Part shown: positions 1 through 8,039 of the stretch, piece after piece
How positions within the stretch are numbered: the first letter of the stretch is position 1
Layout of the letters: every line of letters begins with the position of its first letter
Source of the DNA: an uncultured bacterium
GTDB lineage: Bacteria; Zixibacteria; MSB-5A5; UBA10806
DNA: 64,000 nucleotides
NCBI GenBank assembly: GCA_965541585.1
Contig: CBEUCH010000017.1
Coordinates: 1-64,000 of the forward strand
Reading direction: 5' to 3'
Translations under genes and position numbers: made by a program
The notes under the pieces: model-generated
What the model saw: only the letters and a program-made list of their open reading frames with translations
What the model was told of the DNA's origin: nothing
Databases searched by the model: none

Positions 1-1110
1 CCTGTCCGCCCGATATAGCATTTGAGTGCGAGATAGGCGATGCCGGCACGGCTACAGCCACCGACAACTGCGATCCGAATCCCGACGTGTCCTACTCGGA
101 TAACGTCGTTAACGAGTTCTGCCCGACGATAATCGAGCGCACCTGGACGGCCGCGGACAGCTGCGGAAATACCGACAGTTGCGTGCAGACCATCACCATT
201 CAGGACACTACCGATCCGATTATCACCTGTCCGCCCGATATAGCTTTCGAGTGCGAGATGGGCGATGCCGGCACGGCTACGGCAACCGACAACTGCGATC
301 CGAATCCGGATGTGTCCTACTCGGATAACGTCGTTAACGAGTTCTGCCCGACGATAATCGAGCGCACCTGGACGGCTGCGGACAGCTGCGGAAATACCGA
401 CAGCTGCGTGCAGACCATCACCATTCAGGACACCACCGATCCGATTATCACCTGTCCGCCCGATATAGCTTTCGAGTGCGTAATGGGCGATGCCGGCACG
501 GCTACAGCCACCGACAACTGCGACCCGAATCCGGATGTTACTTACAATGATAACATCATGAACCCGCGTTGCCCGATAATCATCGAGCGCACCTGGATTG
601 CCACCGACAGCTGCGGCAACTTCGACAGTTGCGTGCAGATCATCACCATCGATGACACCACCGATCCAGTTCTCACCTGTCCGGCCGATATAGCTTTCGA
701 GTGCGAGATGGGCGATCCCGGAGTAGCCACTGCAACGGATAACTGCGATCCTTCTCCGGACGTCGACTACTCGGATAACGTTATCAGTCAGAGTTGTCCG
801 TTCATAGTCGAGCGAACCTGGACGGCTATCGACAGCTGCGGAAATACCGATAGCTGCGTCCAGACCATAACGGTCGAGGATACCCAGGCGCCGGTGCTTA
901 CCTGTGCTCCTGACGACACTTTTAGCTGCAGTGAGGAACCGGTCTTTACTCCGCCGACTGCTACGGACAACTGCGATTCGGATCCTGTTATCAATATGGT
1001 TTCGACCGACATTCCGGATGGCCCGGGAACGTACACGCGTTGCTGGATTGCTATTGATGCCTGCGGAAATGAGTCTGAGCCCTGTTGCCAGACCATCATT
1101 GTGGAACCAT
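1..1110 (+). repeat. Intragenic tandem repeat, 225-bp period, about 5 units
   Basis: cctgt unit starts at 1, 226, 451, 676 and 901; the first two units are nearly identical at DNA level. Confidence 0.9.
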
Positions 1111-1979
1111 GCCCGTGCACCTTTACTATCGGTGGATGGGGTACTGAGTGTCCTGACCAAGGGGAAGCCGATTGGCATCCCGGCTGCATCCGTGACGAAT
1201 ACTGGGATACAGTCTTCCCTGGCGGCGGATCTGTCATGATCGGGCACCCGGGCGGCTTCACGGCAACCTGGACCAGTTCGCAGGCCGTTGCAGACTTCCT
1301 GCCCGATGGCTCAACTCCTGGAATCCTGGATCAGGATTATGTCGATCCTATCACAACCTCTGCGGGAGTTCTGGCCAGCCAGATACTGGCTCTGCGTCTG
1401 AACGTCGAATACTCATGCGCCGGAATATTCAGCATACTTGGCGTTCCCAACGCGGGCGACTGCTACGGCGAGCTCACCGTACCGACTTCCTGCGCCAACG
1501 GTGTATTCGATGGCCTGACGGTCAATGAGTTCCTGGCCAAAGCCGATAAAGTGGTGGCGGGTATGAACGTTCCGGGAGTCACGCCTTCGGATGTCAACTA
1601 CACGGCTTCCTGCCTGAACGAGTTGCATAGCGACTGCGATCCATTCCCGTGGAACTCGGGATTCGCAGACGACAATCGCGTTAATTTGGCCAAGCCCTCT
1701 TTCGATCTGATCCCGACCGTGTTCTCACTGGGCGAAAACCATCCCAACCCGTTCAACCCGATTACGGAGATCACATTCGGTCTACCCGTTGATTCGCATG
1801 TGAAACTGGAGATCTTCAGCATTACCGGACAGAAGGTCACCACTCTTATTGCGGAACAGCGTGCGGCTGGAATGCATACTGTGATCTGGAACGGCTCCCA
1901 TGCGGCCAGCGGCGTCTACCTATACAGAATAGAGGCCACTGACTTCATTGAGACCAAGAAGATGTTACTGCTCAAGTAG
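1..1979 (+). CDS. Large secreted Cys-rich HYR-like repeat protein with T9SS-type C-terminal sorting domain (5' partial)
   Basis: Frame is open from the window start; 75-aa repeats TCPPD..ATATDNCD..RTWTAxDxCGN; C-terminus NHPNPFNP...GVYLYRI...KKMLLLK. Confidence 0.85.
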   Translation, partial: CPPDIAFECEIGDAGTATATDNCDPNPDVSYSDNVVNEFCPTIIERTWTAADSCGNTDSCVQTITIQDTTDPIITCPPDIAFECEMGDAGTATATDNCDPNPDVSYSDNVVNEFCPTIIERTWTAADSCGNTDSCVQTITIQDTTDPIITCPPDIAFECVMGDAGTATATDNCDPNPDVTYNDNIMNPRCPIIIERTWIATDSCGNFDSCVQIITIDDTTDPVLTCPADIAFECEMGDPGVATATDNCDPSPDVDYSDNVISQSCPFIVERTWTAIDSCGNTDSCVQTITVEDTQAPVLTCAPDDTFSCSEEPVFTPPTATDNCDSDPVINMVSTDIPDGPGTYTRCWIAIDACGNESEPCCQTIIVEPCPCTFTIGGWGTECPDQGEADWHPGCIRDEYWDTVFPGGGSVMIGHPGGFTATWTSSQAVADFLPDGSTPGILDQDYVDPITTSAGVLASQILALRLNVEYSCAGIFSILGVPNAGDCYGELTVPTSCANGVFDGLTVNEFLAKADKVVAGMNVPGVTPSDVNYTASCLNELHSDCDPFPWNSGFADDNRVNLAKPSFDLIPTVFSLGENHPNPFNPITEITFGLPVDSHVKLEIFSITGQKVTTLIAEQRAAGMHTVIWNGSHAASGVYLYRIEATDFIETKKMLLLK

Positions 1980-1996
1980 CAATATTCTTCTTTACT

Positions 1997-2032
1997 AAAG
2001 GGGACGAGATTCATATCTCGCCCCTTTTTTTT
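1997..2032 (+). terminator. Intrinsic terminator
   Basis: GGGG(A)CGAGAT-tcat-ATCTCGCCCC hairpin followed by T8. Confidence 0.8.
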
Positions 2033-2060
2033 ATTTCAGTATGTATTGAGTTTCCGCATT

Positions 2061-2180
2061 AGCCGTAGGTCGGGTTTATCGAGGTCAAAACGAGGCAAAA
2101 CCCGACACCCAGCCGTAGGTCAAAACTCCTGCGGCTTTGACAACATTCTTTATACGTCATTCCCGCGGAAGAGGGAATCC
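2061..2180. repeat. Cluster of REP-like palindromes (GTAG- and CGTC-type)
   Basis: agccGTAGgtc at 2061 and 2111, each followed by a hairpin (gtcgggttt..aaacccgac; gtcaaa..tttgac); cgtcattcccgcggaagagggaatcc at 2155. Confidence 0.55.
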
Positions 2181-2312
2181 TCTCCCGGCGGAAAGATGCC
2201 GTCAGGAATGGATTCCTAACCGCGCGGGAATATTTTTGTATTATCGTCGTACTTATGATAGTAATATGCTGATACGGAAACAATCGATCCGTGCGATAGA
2301 TGGAGGCAGAGA

Positions 2313-3218
2313 ATGCGTAAGCTGATATTATTCTTCGGTATTATCGCTGTTGCGATATTCTGCGAAACCGCCAACGCCGAAAGTATACCGCATCCTCTCT
2401 TGGAATTATGTCAGGATATCGATCTTATAGTAATAGCGAAGGTCGGAGAGAATCTGAAGGCCGAATATCGTGGCCGTTCTCCCCAATTTGGGGCGGAGTT
2501 GCTTGTTGAATCCATCTTAAGAGGGAAAAGCGAGCAAAAAGCGATTTTCTGTTTTTATAGTCCGTATGTAATATGTCCGTCTGCACCCTATTTTAAACTC
2601 GGCGAGAGGATATTGGCATTTTTGGTAAAGAATCAAAATACCGACGATTATTCGGCCTGTGGCGATTCGCAAGGCATAAAACATTTACCTGCGGATCAAA
2701 TGGAAGTATACCGAAATCGAATTACTGAAATATTGGAAATATTACAGCTACCCGATGATATCCGACGGCAACAGGAAATTGCTAACTGGCTTTTTAAATG
2801 CGCCCAAAACCCCGTTACCCGCGGTGATGCCATTTATTCCCTCGGGATGCCCCTCAACCTTAAAATAGACAATACAACTTACGCTGATAAGCTGTCCGAT
2901 GATCAGATTCAAGTACTATATGAAGCCGTTCTAAAATCGACAGAAGTCTCTTATCCGGAAATCCAAATGCTCAAACTAACATCCACAAAATGGGATGATC
3001 GTTTATTCCCGTTCCTTCTCGAATGCCTTAAGAAAGATGTCGACAATCCGGATAGTTTTTCTTTTGAGATAATGATGATCATAGCAAACATAATTGGAAG
3101 CGAAGAAGCTCTGGATTTGGCTCAGGAGGATAAGAGAATGGAGGGGAACCCGGAAAGATGGGAAAACCGTAAAACTCTGGTAACCCGTTTCATCGATTTG
3201 ATTGAAAATTTGAGATGA
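2313..3218 (+). CDS. Hypothetical exported protein
   Basis: 301-aa ORF, ggagg RBS, N-terminal signal peptide, AT-richer than neighbours; no family recognised. Confidence 0.7.
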   Translation: MRKLILFFGIIAVAIFCETANAESIPHPLLELCQDIDLIVIAKVGENLKAEYRGRSPQFGAELLVESILRGKSEQKAIFCFYSPYVICPSAPYFKLGERILAFLVKNQNTDDYSACGDSQGIKHLPADQMEVYRNRITEILEILQLPDDIRRQQEIANWLFKCAQNPVTRGDAIYSLGMPLNLKIDNTTYADKLSDDQIQVLYEAVLKSTEVSYPEIQMLKLTSTKWDDRLFPFLLECLKKDVDNPDSFSFEIMMIIANIIGSEEALDLAQEDKRMEGNPERWENRKTLVTRFIDLIENLR

Positions 3219-3311
3219 TTGTCAAGATCTCAGAATGCCTTTGATCTTACTGCAATCAAAAACCATTTGCCAATAACCTGCTAATCCTATATTTTCCAAT
3301 CGTACAGGAAT

Positions 3312-3385
3312 GCCCCCGTAGCTCAGTTAGGATAGAGCAGCGGCCTCCGGAGCCGCGTGCGGCCGTTCGAGTCGGCCCGGGGGTA
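3312..3385 (+). tRNA. tRNA-Arg(CCG)
   Basis: Cloverleaf: GCCCCCG/CGGGGGT acceptor, GCGGC-CTCCGGA-GCCGC anticodon arm, TTCGAGT T-loop; CCA not encoded. Confidence 0.95.
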
Positions 3386-3490
3386 TTTGAATAACAGTGA
3401 ATCCAGCCGCCCCCCGCTATTGCAGGAACAGATCACCGATCTGTCCTGATCATGGTTCATAGGGTTGATTGAATCGAGCGGCAGTAATTT

Positions 3491-3580
3491 GATTCACTCC
3501 CAAACAAGTTTGGGAGTGCCACCCCGGGACTATTATTCAACTCTCCGGGTGCCAACCCCAAACTCGTTTTGGGGTTGATT
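3491..3580. repeat. Inverted pair of REP-like palindromes
   Basis: cactcccaaacaagtttgggagtgccaccc and gggtgccaaccccaaactcgttttggggttg are related hairpins in opposite orientation. Confidence 0.55.
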
Positions 3581-4027
3581 ATGAACTTTACTATGCTCTA
3601 CCCAATCCGACAACTTACCGCCGATGATTACGACGGGATGATCGCTCTCTGGCAACGGTCCGGCCTGGGGTATCGCCCCAGGGGCCGGGACGCGTACGAG
3701 GCCGTCGCTAAAGAGATCAAGAGGTTGGAAACCGCTTTTTTCGGCATGTTTGACGGCGATAAGATGATCGGCTCCATCATCGGCACCGCCGACGGCCGCA
3801 GGGGCTGGATCAACCGCCTGACAGTAGACCCGGATTACCGCGGCCGGGGACTGGCCGCGCGATTGCTGAAAGAATGCGAGGATTTCCTGCATCAACTCGG
3901 CCTGAAGGTGATAGCGGCCTTAATCGAGGACGATAACCAGGGCTCATTCTCGGCCTTCAAAAAATCCGGCTATATATACAATCCCAACGTTGCCTATTAC
4001 TCCAAACGGTTCACCCAGGACGATTAA
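3581..4027 (+). CDS. GNAT family N-acetyltransferase (YpeA-like)
   Basis: DGRRGWINRLTVDPDYRGRGLA acetyl-CoA motif; start uncertain. Confidence 0.85.
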   Translation: MNFTMLYPIRQLTADDYDGMIALWQRSGLGYRPRGRDAYEAVAKEIKRLETAFFGMFDGDKMIGSIIGTADGRRGWINRLTVDPDYRGRGLAARLLKECEDFLHQLGLKVIAALIEDDNQGSFSAFKKSGYIYNPNVAYYSKRFTQDD

Positions 4028-4046
4028 TAGCATAAACAATCAAGAC

Positions 4047-4075
4047 TTGCATCGCTATCGATTTTCTACTATAAT
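4047..4075 (+). promoter_or_regulatory. sigma70-type promoter for proS
   Basis: TTGCAT-17 bp-TATAAT. Confidence 0.65.
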
Positions 4076-4214
4076 GCCAAATTCGAACCGGTAGGAGCTC
4101 AATATATTGAGCCCCTAATACGACGAACTGAGGAAATGCTTTTCTGGAAAAGCCGATAATTCTGACGAAATAAGGCACATCGCCAGGGGCGAGTAGCCAT
4201 CTGCGAGGATAAAG

Positions 4215-5930
4215 ATGCTCTGGAGCAAGACATACATCCCGACACTTCGCGAGGACCCATCCGATGCCGTTGTGGCTTCTCATAAGCTTCTGCTTCGCGC
4301 CGGATATGTGCGGCAGCTGACCGCCGGCGTCTATAACTATCTGCCGTTAATGCAGCGCGTGATCCATCGTATCGAGAAGATCGTGCGTGAGGAGATGGAC
4401 GCCTCGGGCGCTATCGAAATCGCCATGCCGGTACTGCACCCGGCGGAGCTCTGGCAGAAGACCGGACGCTGGGAGACAGTCGGCAAGGAACAGATGCGGA
4501 TGAAAGACCGCCACCAGCGCGACCTCGTCCTGGGCGGAACCCACGAGGAGGTGGTTACCTGGATTGCCAGGGGAGAGCTGAGAAGCTACCGTCAATTGCC
4601 CCTCAATCTATACCAGATACAAGTCAAATTCCGCGACGAGCCCCGGCCGCGCTTCGGCCTCATACGGTGCCGCGAATTCATCATGAAGGACGCCTATAGC
4701 TTCGACGCCGACTGGAACGGACTTAAGATCGCCTATCAGAAGATGGCCGACGCCTATTTCAAGGTTTTCCGTCGCTGCGGTTTCGATATCAAGATGGTGG
4801 AATCCGATGTCGGCGCCATGGGCGGTACGGGCGCGCATGAGTTCATGGTTCTGGTGGATACCTCCGGCGGCGAAGAGACGATCCTGTCATGCAACCGCTG
4901 CGAATACGCCGCCAATGTCGAGAAAGCTACCTCGCTTGTCATGCAGGAAAAGCCCAAAGAGGAACCGCCGAAGCAGAGGGAAATGGTTTACACCCCCAAC
5001 ATGAAGACTGTGGAGGAGGTGACCGGTTTTCTCAAGGTCGGACCGGAGAAACTGATCAAGACTCTTCTATATCAGTCCGACGGCCAAACCGTGGCAGCAC
5101 TTATTCGAGGAGATCGCGATATAAACGAAATCAAGCTCAAAAACCATCTTCGCTGCCTGGAGCTCGAGATGTCCCCGCCGGAGATCGTCATGCAGGTGAC
5201 CGGCGCCCAGGTGGGATTCGCGGGGCCCATCGGCCTCGAAGGGATCAGGATAATTGCCGATCCCGAGATCAAATCGATGCAGAATTTTGTTGTTGGCGCC
5301 AACAAAGACGATACTCACATGGTGGGCGTTAACCTTGCCGATTTCAAAGTGGACGAATACGTGGAGATCCGTAAGGCGGAGGCCGGAGAAATATGCCCCC
5401 ACTGCAACCAGGGGCGGCTGGAGTCATTTTCGGGCATCGAGGTGGGCAATATCTTTATGCTCGGCACCAAATATTCCGAGGCCCTCGGCGCCAGTTTTAT
5501 CGATGCCGAAGGCGGCGAGAAACCATTTATAATGGGCTCCTATGGAATCGGTATCACTCGCACCGCCCAGGCGGCCATAGAAGCCTTCCACGACGAGAAA
5601 GGCATAATCTGGCCCGGGACCATAGCTCCGTATGATTTTCATATTATCCCCATCGATATCAAAGAGGAGCGGATCAAGGAAACGGCCTTCAAGATATATG
5701 GAGCGCTGATTGAAAAGGGCTACGATGTACTTATGGACGATCGCAACGAGAGGGCCGGTGTCAAATTCAACGACGCCGATCTTATTGGCATCCCAATCAG
5801 GATATGCATCGGCGCCAGGGGCCTTAAAGAAGGCGTCGTGGAGATAGTCAGGCGCAAGGGCCTGGAGATGGAAAAATGTTCCGTCGAGACGGCCGTAGAG
5901 GGGGCTATCAGGATTCTCGAAAATTTGTAA
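4215..5930 (+). CDS. proS: Proline--tRNA ligase (bacterial type with editing insertion)
   Basis: FRDEPRPRFGLIRCREFIMKDAYSF, MGSYGIG, GVKFNDADLIG. Confidence 0.97.
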   Translation: MLWSKTYIPTLREDPSDAVVASHKLLLRAGYVRQLTAGVYNYLPLMQRVIHRIEKIVREEMDASGAIEIAMPVLHPAELWQKTGRWETVGKEQMRMKDRHQRDLVLGGTHEEVVTWIARGELRSYRQLPLNLYQIQVKFRDEPRPRFGLIRCREFIMKDAYSFDADWNGLKIAYQKMADAYFKVFRRCGFDIKMVESDVGAMGGTGAHEFMVLVDTSGGEETILSCNRCEYAANVEKATSLVMQEKPKEEPPKQREMVYTPNMKTVEEVTGFLKVGPEKLIKTLLYQSDGQTVAALIRGDRDINEIKLKNHLRCLELEMSPPEIVMQVTGAQVGFAGPIGLEGIRIIADPEIKSMQNFVVGANKDDTHMVGVNLADFKVDEYVEIRKAEAGEICPHCNQGRLESFSGIEVGNIFMLGTKYSEALGASFIDAEGGEKPFIMGSYGIGITRTAQAAIEAFHDEKGIIWPGTIAPYDFHIIPIDIKEERIKETAFKIYGALIEKGYDVLMDDRNERAGVKFNDADLIGIPIRICIGARGLKEGVVEIVRRKGLEMEKCSVETAVEGAIRILENL

Positions 5931-5937
5931 AAAACAG

Positions 5938-5966
5938 TTGCTTTTAATGAGTTATGAGCATATAAT
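5938..5966 (+). promoter_or_regulatory. sigma70-type promoter of the rimP-nusA-infB operon
   Basis: TTGCTT-17 bp-TATAAT. Confidence 0.7.
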
Positions 5967-5978
5967 TTGTGATTCGGG

Positions 5979-6002
5979 GAGTGGGTTGTGGCCCACTCTT
6001 TT
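5979..6002 (+). promoter_or_regulatory. rimP leader terminator-like attenuator hairpin
   Basis: GAGTGGG-ttgtgg-CCCACTC-TTTT between the promoter and rimP. Confidence 0.7.
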
Positions 6003-6033
6003 GAGTATTGCTCATACCGGGGGTGGAGCGCTT

Positions 6034-6480
6034 TTGAGAGTGGATGTCGAGGATTTGAAAAGCAGACTGGAACCTCTAATCGAGGATTCAGGTTTTGAGT
6101 TGGCGGAGTTAACGGCGCCGCTCGTCGGTGGGCGGCAGATAATCCGGATCTATATCCACTCACCGGACGGAGTCACACTGGATGACTGCGCACGTATCAG
6201 CCGTCAGGTATCCGACAGGCTGGAAACCGATGATCCCGTAGCCGGCCGCTACAATCTCGAGGTTTCGTCGCTCGGGCTCAACAGGCCTTTGACCTCAGCC
6301 GGTGATTTCCAGAGAAGGATCGGGGAGAAAATTGCCGTTACTTATGACGATGGAAATGGTAAAACAACAGTTCAGGGTCTTTTGAAAGAATGCAATGGTT
6401 TATCCATCAAAATTGCGATGGGAGAGAAGATAGTGGATATTCCCGTGGACGCGAAACCGCGCGGAAAGATTCTGTTGTAA
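6034..6480 (+). CDS. rimP: Ribosome maturation factor RimP
   Basis: GVTLDDCARISR, YNLEVSSLGLNRPL; position before nusA; TTG start after ggag is inferred. Confidence 0.92.
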   Translation: MRVDVEDLKSRLEPLIEDSGFELAELTAPLVGGRQIIRIYIHSPDGVTLDDCARISRQVSDRLETDDPVAGRYNLEVSSLGLNRPLTSAGDFQRRIGEKIAVTYDDGNGKTTVQGLLKECNGLSIKIAMGEKIVDIPVDAKPRGKILL

Positions 6481-6507
6481 GCGTGGTTTTCGTGGGAGGA
6501 TTTCTCA

Positions 6508-7860
6508 ATGAATTATGATATTATTGAAGCATTCGGGCAGATAGCACAAGAGAAAAACCTCGATATTGATTACGTGCTCCAGACGGTGGAAGCGGCTCTG
6601 GCTTCCGCCATTAAAAAGAAATACAATATCGAGGAACAAGATAATATCCGTGTCGAAATCAACAGGAAAGAGGGCGAGATTATCGTCTATCTGACCAAAA
6701 AGGTAGTCGAGGAGGTCACCAATGCGGGCCTCGAGATGACTGTCGAGGAAGCATCCGAGCACTATGAAGATGTTGAGCTAGGGCAGGAGCTCGATGTCCC
6801 GATGCCATTCGAGACTTTCGGGCGAAACGCCATAACTACTGTCAAACAGGTTCTGATTCAGAAAGTTCGCGAAGCAGAAAGAGAGAAGATCTTTGGCGAA
6901 TACGAAGATAGAGTCGGCCAGATTGCTTCTGGAAATGTGCAGCAGATTGAAAAAGGCAATATTCTGGTTAATCTCGGCAGGGCAGAGGCGATAGTCCCGA
7001 TTCGCGAGCAGATCAAAAAAGAGAAATTCCGCCAGGGCGACCGGATCAAGGCTATCATTACTGACGTTCAGAATTCAACCCGGGGCCCGCAGATTTCTCT
7101 TTCGCGTTCATCTACCGATTTTCTGAAAAAGCTATTCGAGATGGAAGTGCCTGAGATTGCCGAGCGAATTATCGAAATCAGAGCTGTGGCACGCGAAGCG
7201 GGCGAAAGATCCAAGGTTGCCGTTTTGTCCAACGATGATAGGATTGATGCGGTGGGTGCCTGTGTGGGCGTCAAGGGAGTGCGGGTTCAGAATATCGTAA
7301 GAGAGTTGAACAACGAGAGGATTGATATTGTTCCCTGGTCGGTTGAGCCGATGATATTCGTCACCAAATCGCTGGCGCCCGCCAAGATAGTCAATATCGA
7401 TGTGTTCATCGAGGATCAGAAGATGCTGGTTGCCGTCGCCGACGATAAACTCTCGCTGGCGATCGGAAAGGCAGGACAGAACGCACGGCTGGCCGCGAAG
7501 CTGACCGGCTGGAAAATAAATATCATGTCGGAGACCGAGTACGATGCTCTTAAGAAATCCGAGGAAGAGGAAAAGGTCGATATCGAAAACGTCAGCACCA
7601 TCGGCCCGAAGATGATTCAAAAGCTGTTTCGGGCCGGATTCGAGACGGCCCAGGATGTGGTCAACGCTGAACTGGACAGGCTTACCAAAATAGATGGAAT
7701 AGGAGCGAAAACGGCAGAGAAGATTGTCTCCGCCTGCAGGAATGCCATTGCAGAGGCGGAGGAAAAACTCAAGGCCGAAGGTGACGAGGAGGCTGAAACT
7801 CCTGCTGAGATGGAATTTACGCCCGAGGATGAAGCTCTGCCCAGAATGGAGGACTATTAA
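6508..7860 (+). CDS. nusA: Transcription termination/antitermination factor NusA
   Basis: S1 and KH domains (AREAGERSK, GACVG, AIGKAGQNARLA), C-terminal HhH. Confidence 0.97.
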   Translation: MNYDIIEAFGQIAQEKNLDIDYVLQTVEAALASAIKKKYNIEEQDNIRVEINRKEGEIIVYLTKKVVEEVTNAGLEMTVEEASEHYEDVELGQELDVPMPFETFGRNAITTVKQVLIQKVREAEREKIFGEYEDRVGQIASGNVQQIEKGNILVNLGRAEAIVPIREQIKKEKFRQGDRIKAIITDVQNSTRGPQISLSRSSTDFLKKLFEMEVPEIAERIIEIRAVAREAGERSKVAVLSNDDRIDAVGACVGVKGVRVQNIVRELNNERIDIVPWSVEPMIFVTKSLAPAKIVNIDVFIEDQKMLVAVADDKLSLAIGKAGQNARLAAKLTGWKINIMSETEYDALKKSEEEEKVDIENVSTIGPKMIQKLFRAGFETAQDVVNAELDRLTKIDGIGAKTAEKIVSACRNAIAEAEEKLKAEGDEEAETPAEMEFTPEDEALPRMEDY

Positions 7861-8039
7861 TTGGGGAAGATTGACGGTTCTCTATATATCGCAAATGAGG
7901 CCGATGGAATTTCGCCGGGCTATTCGATAGTCCGTCGTATATCGACAATGGGCGCAACCACAATAAGGCAGGTCAACCAGAAAAGGTCGGCGATTAAAAT
8001 CAGAATTGTGGAGATTTGCTGAATTTGTGCAGGTGAGAT

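Noticed and set aside
4128..4172. Hammerhead ribozyme or T-box in the proS leader (CTGAGGA...GAAA)
   Set aside because: Stem II does not abut the core motifs, stems I/III were not found, and no GGTGGNACCGCG T-box motif is present
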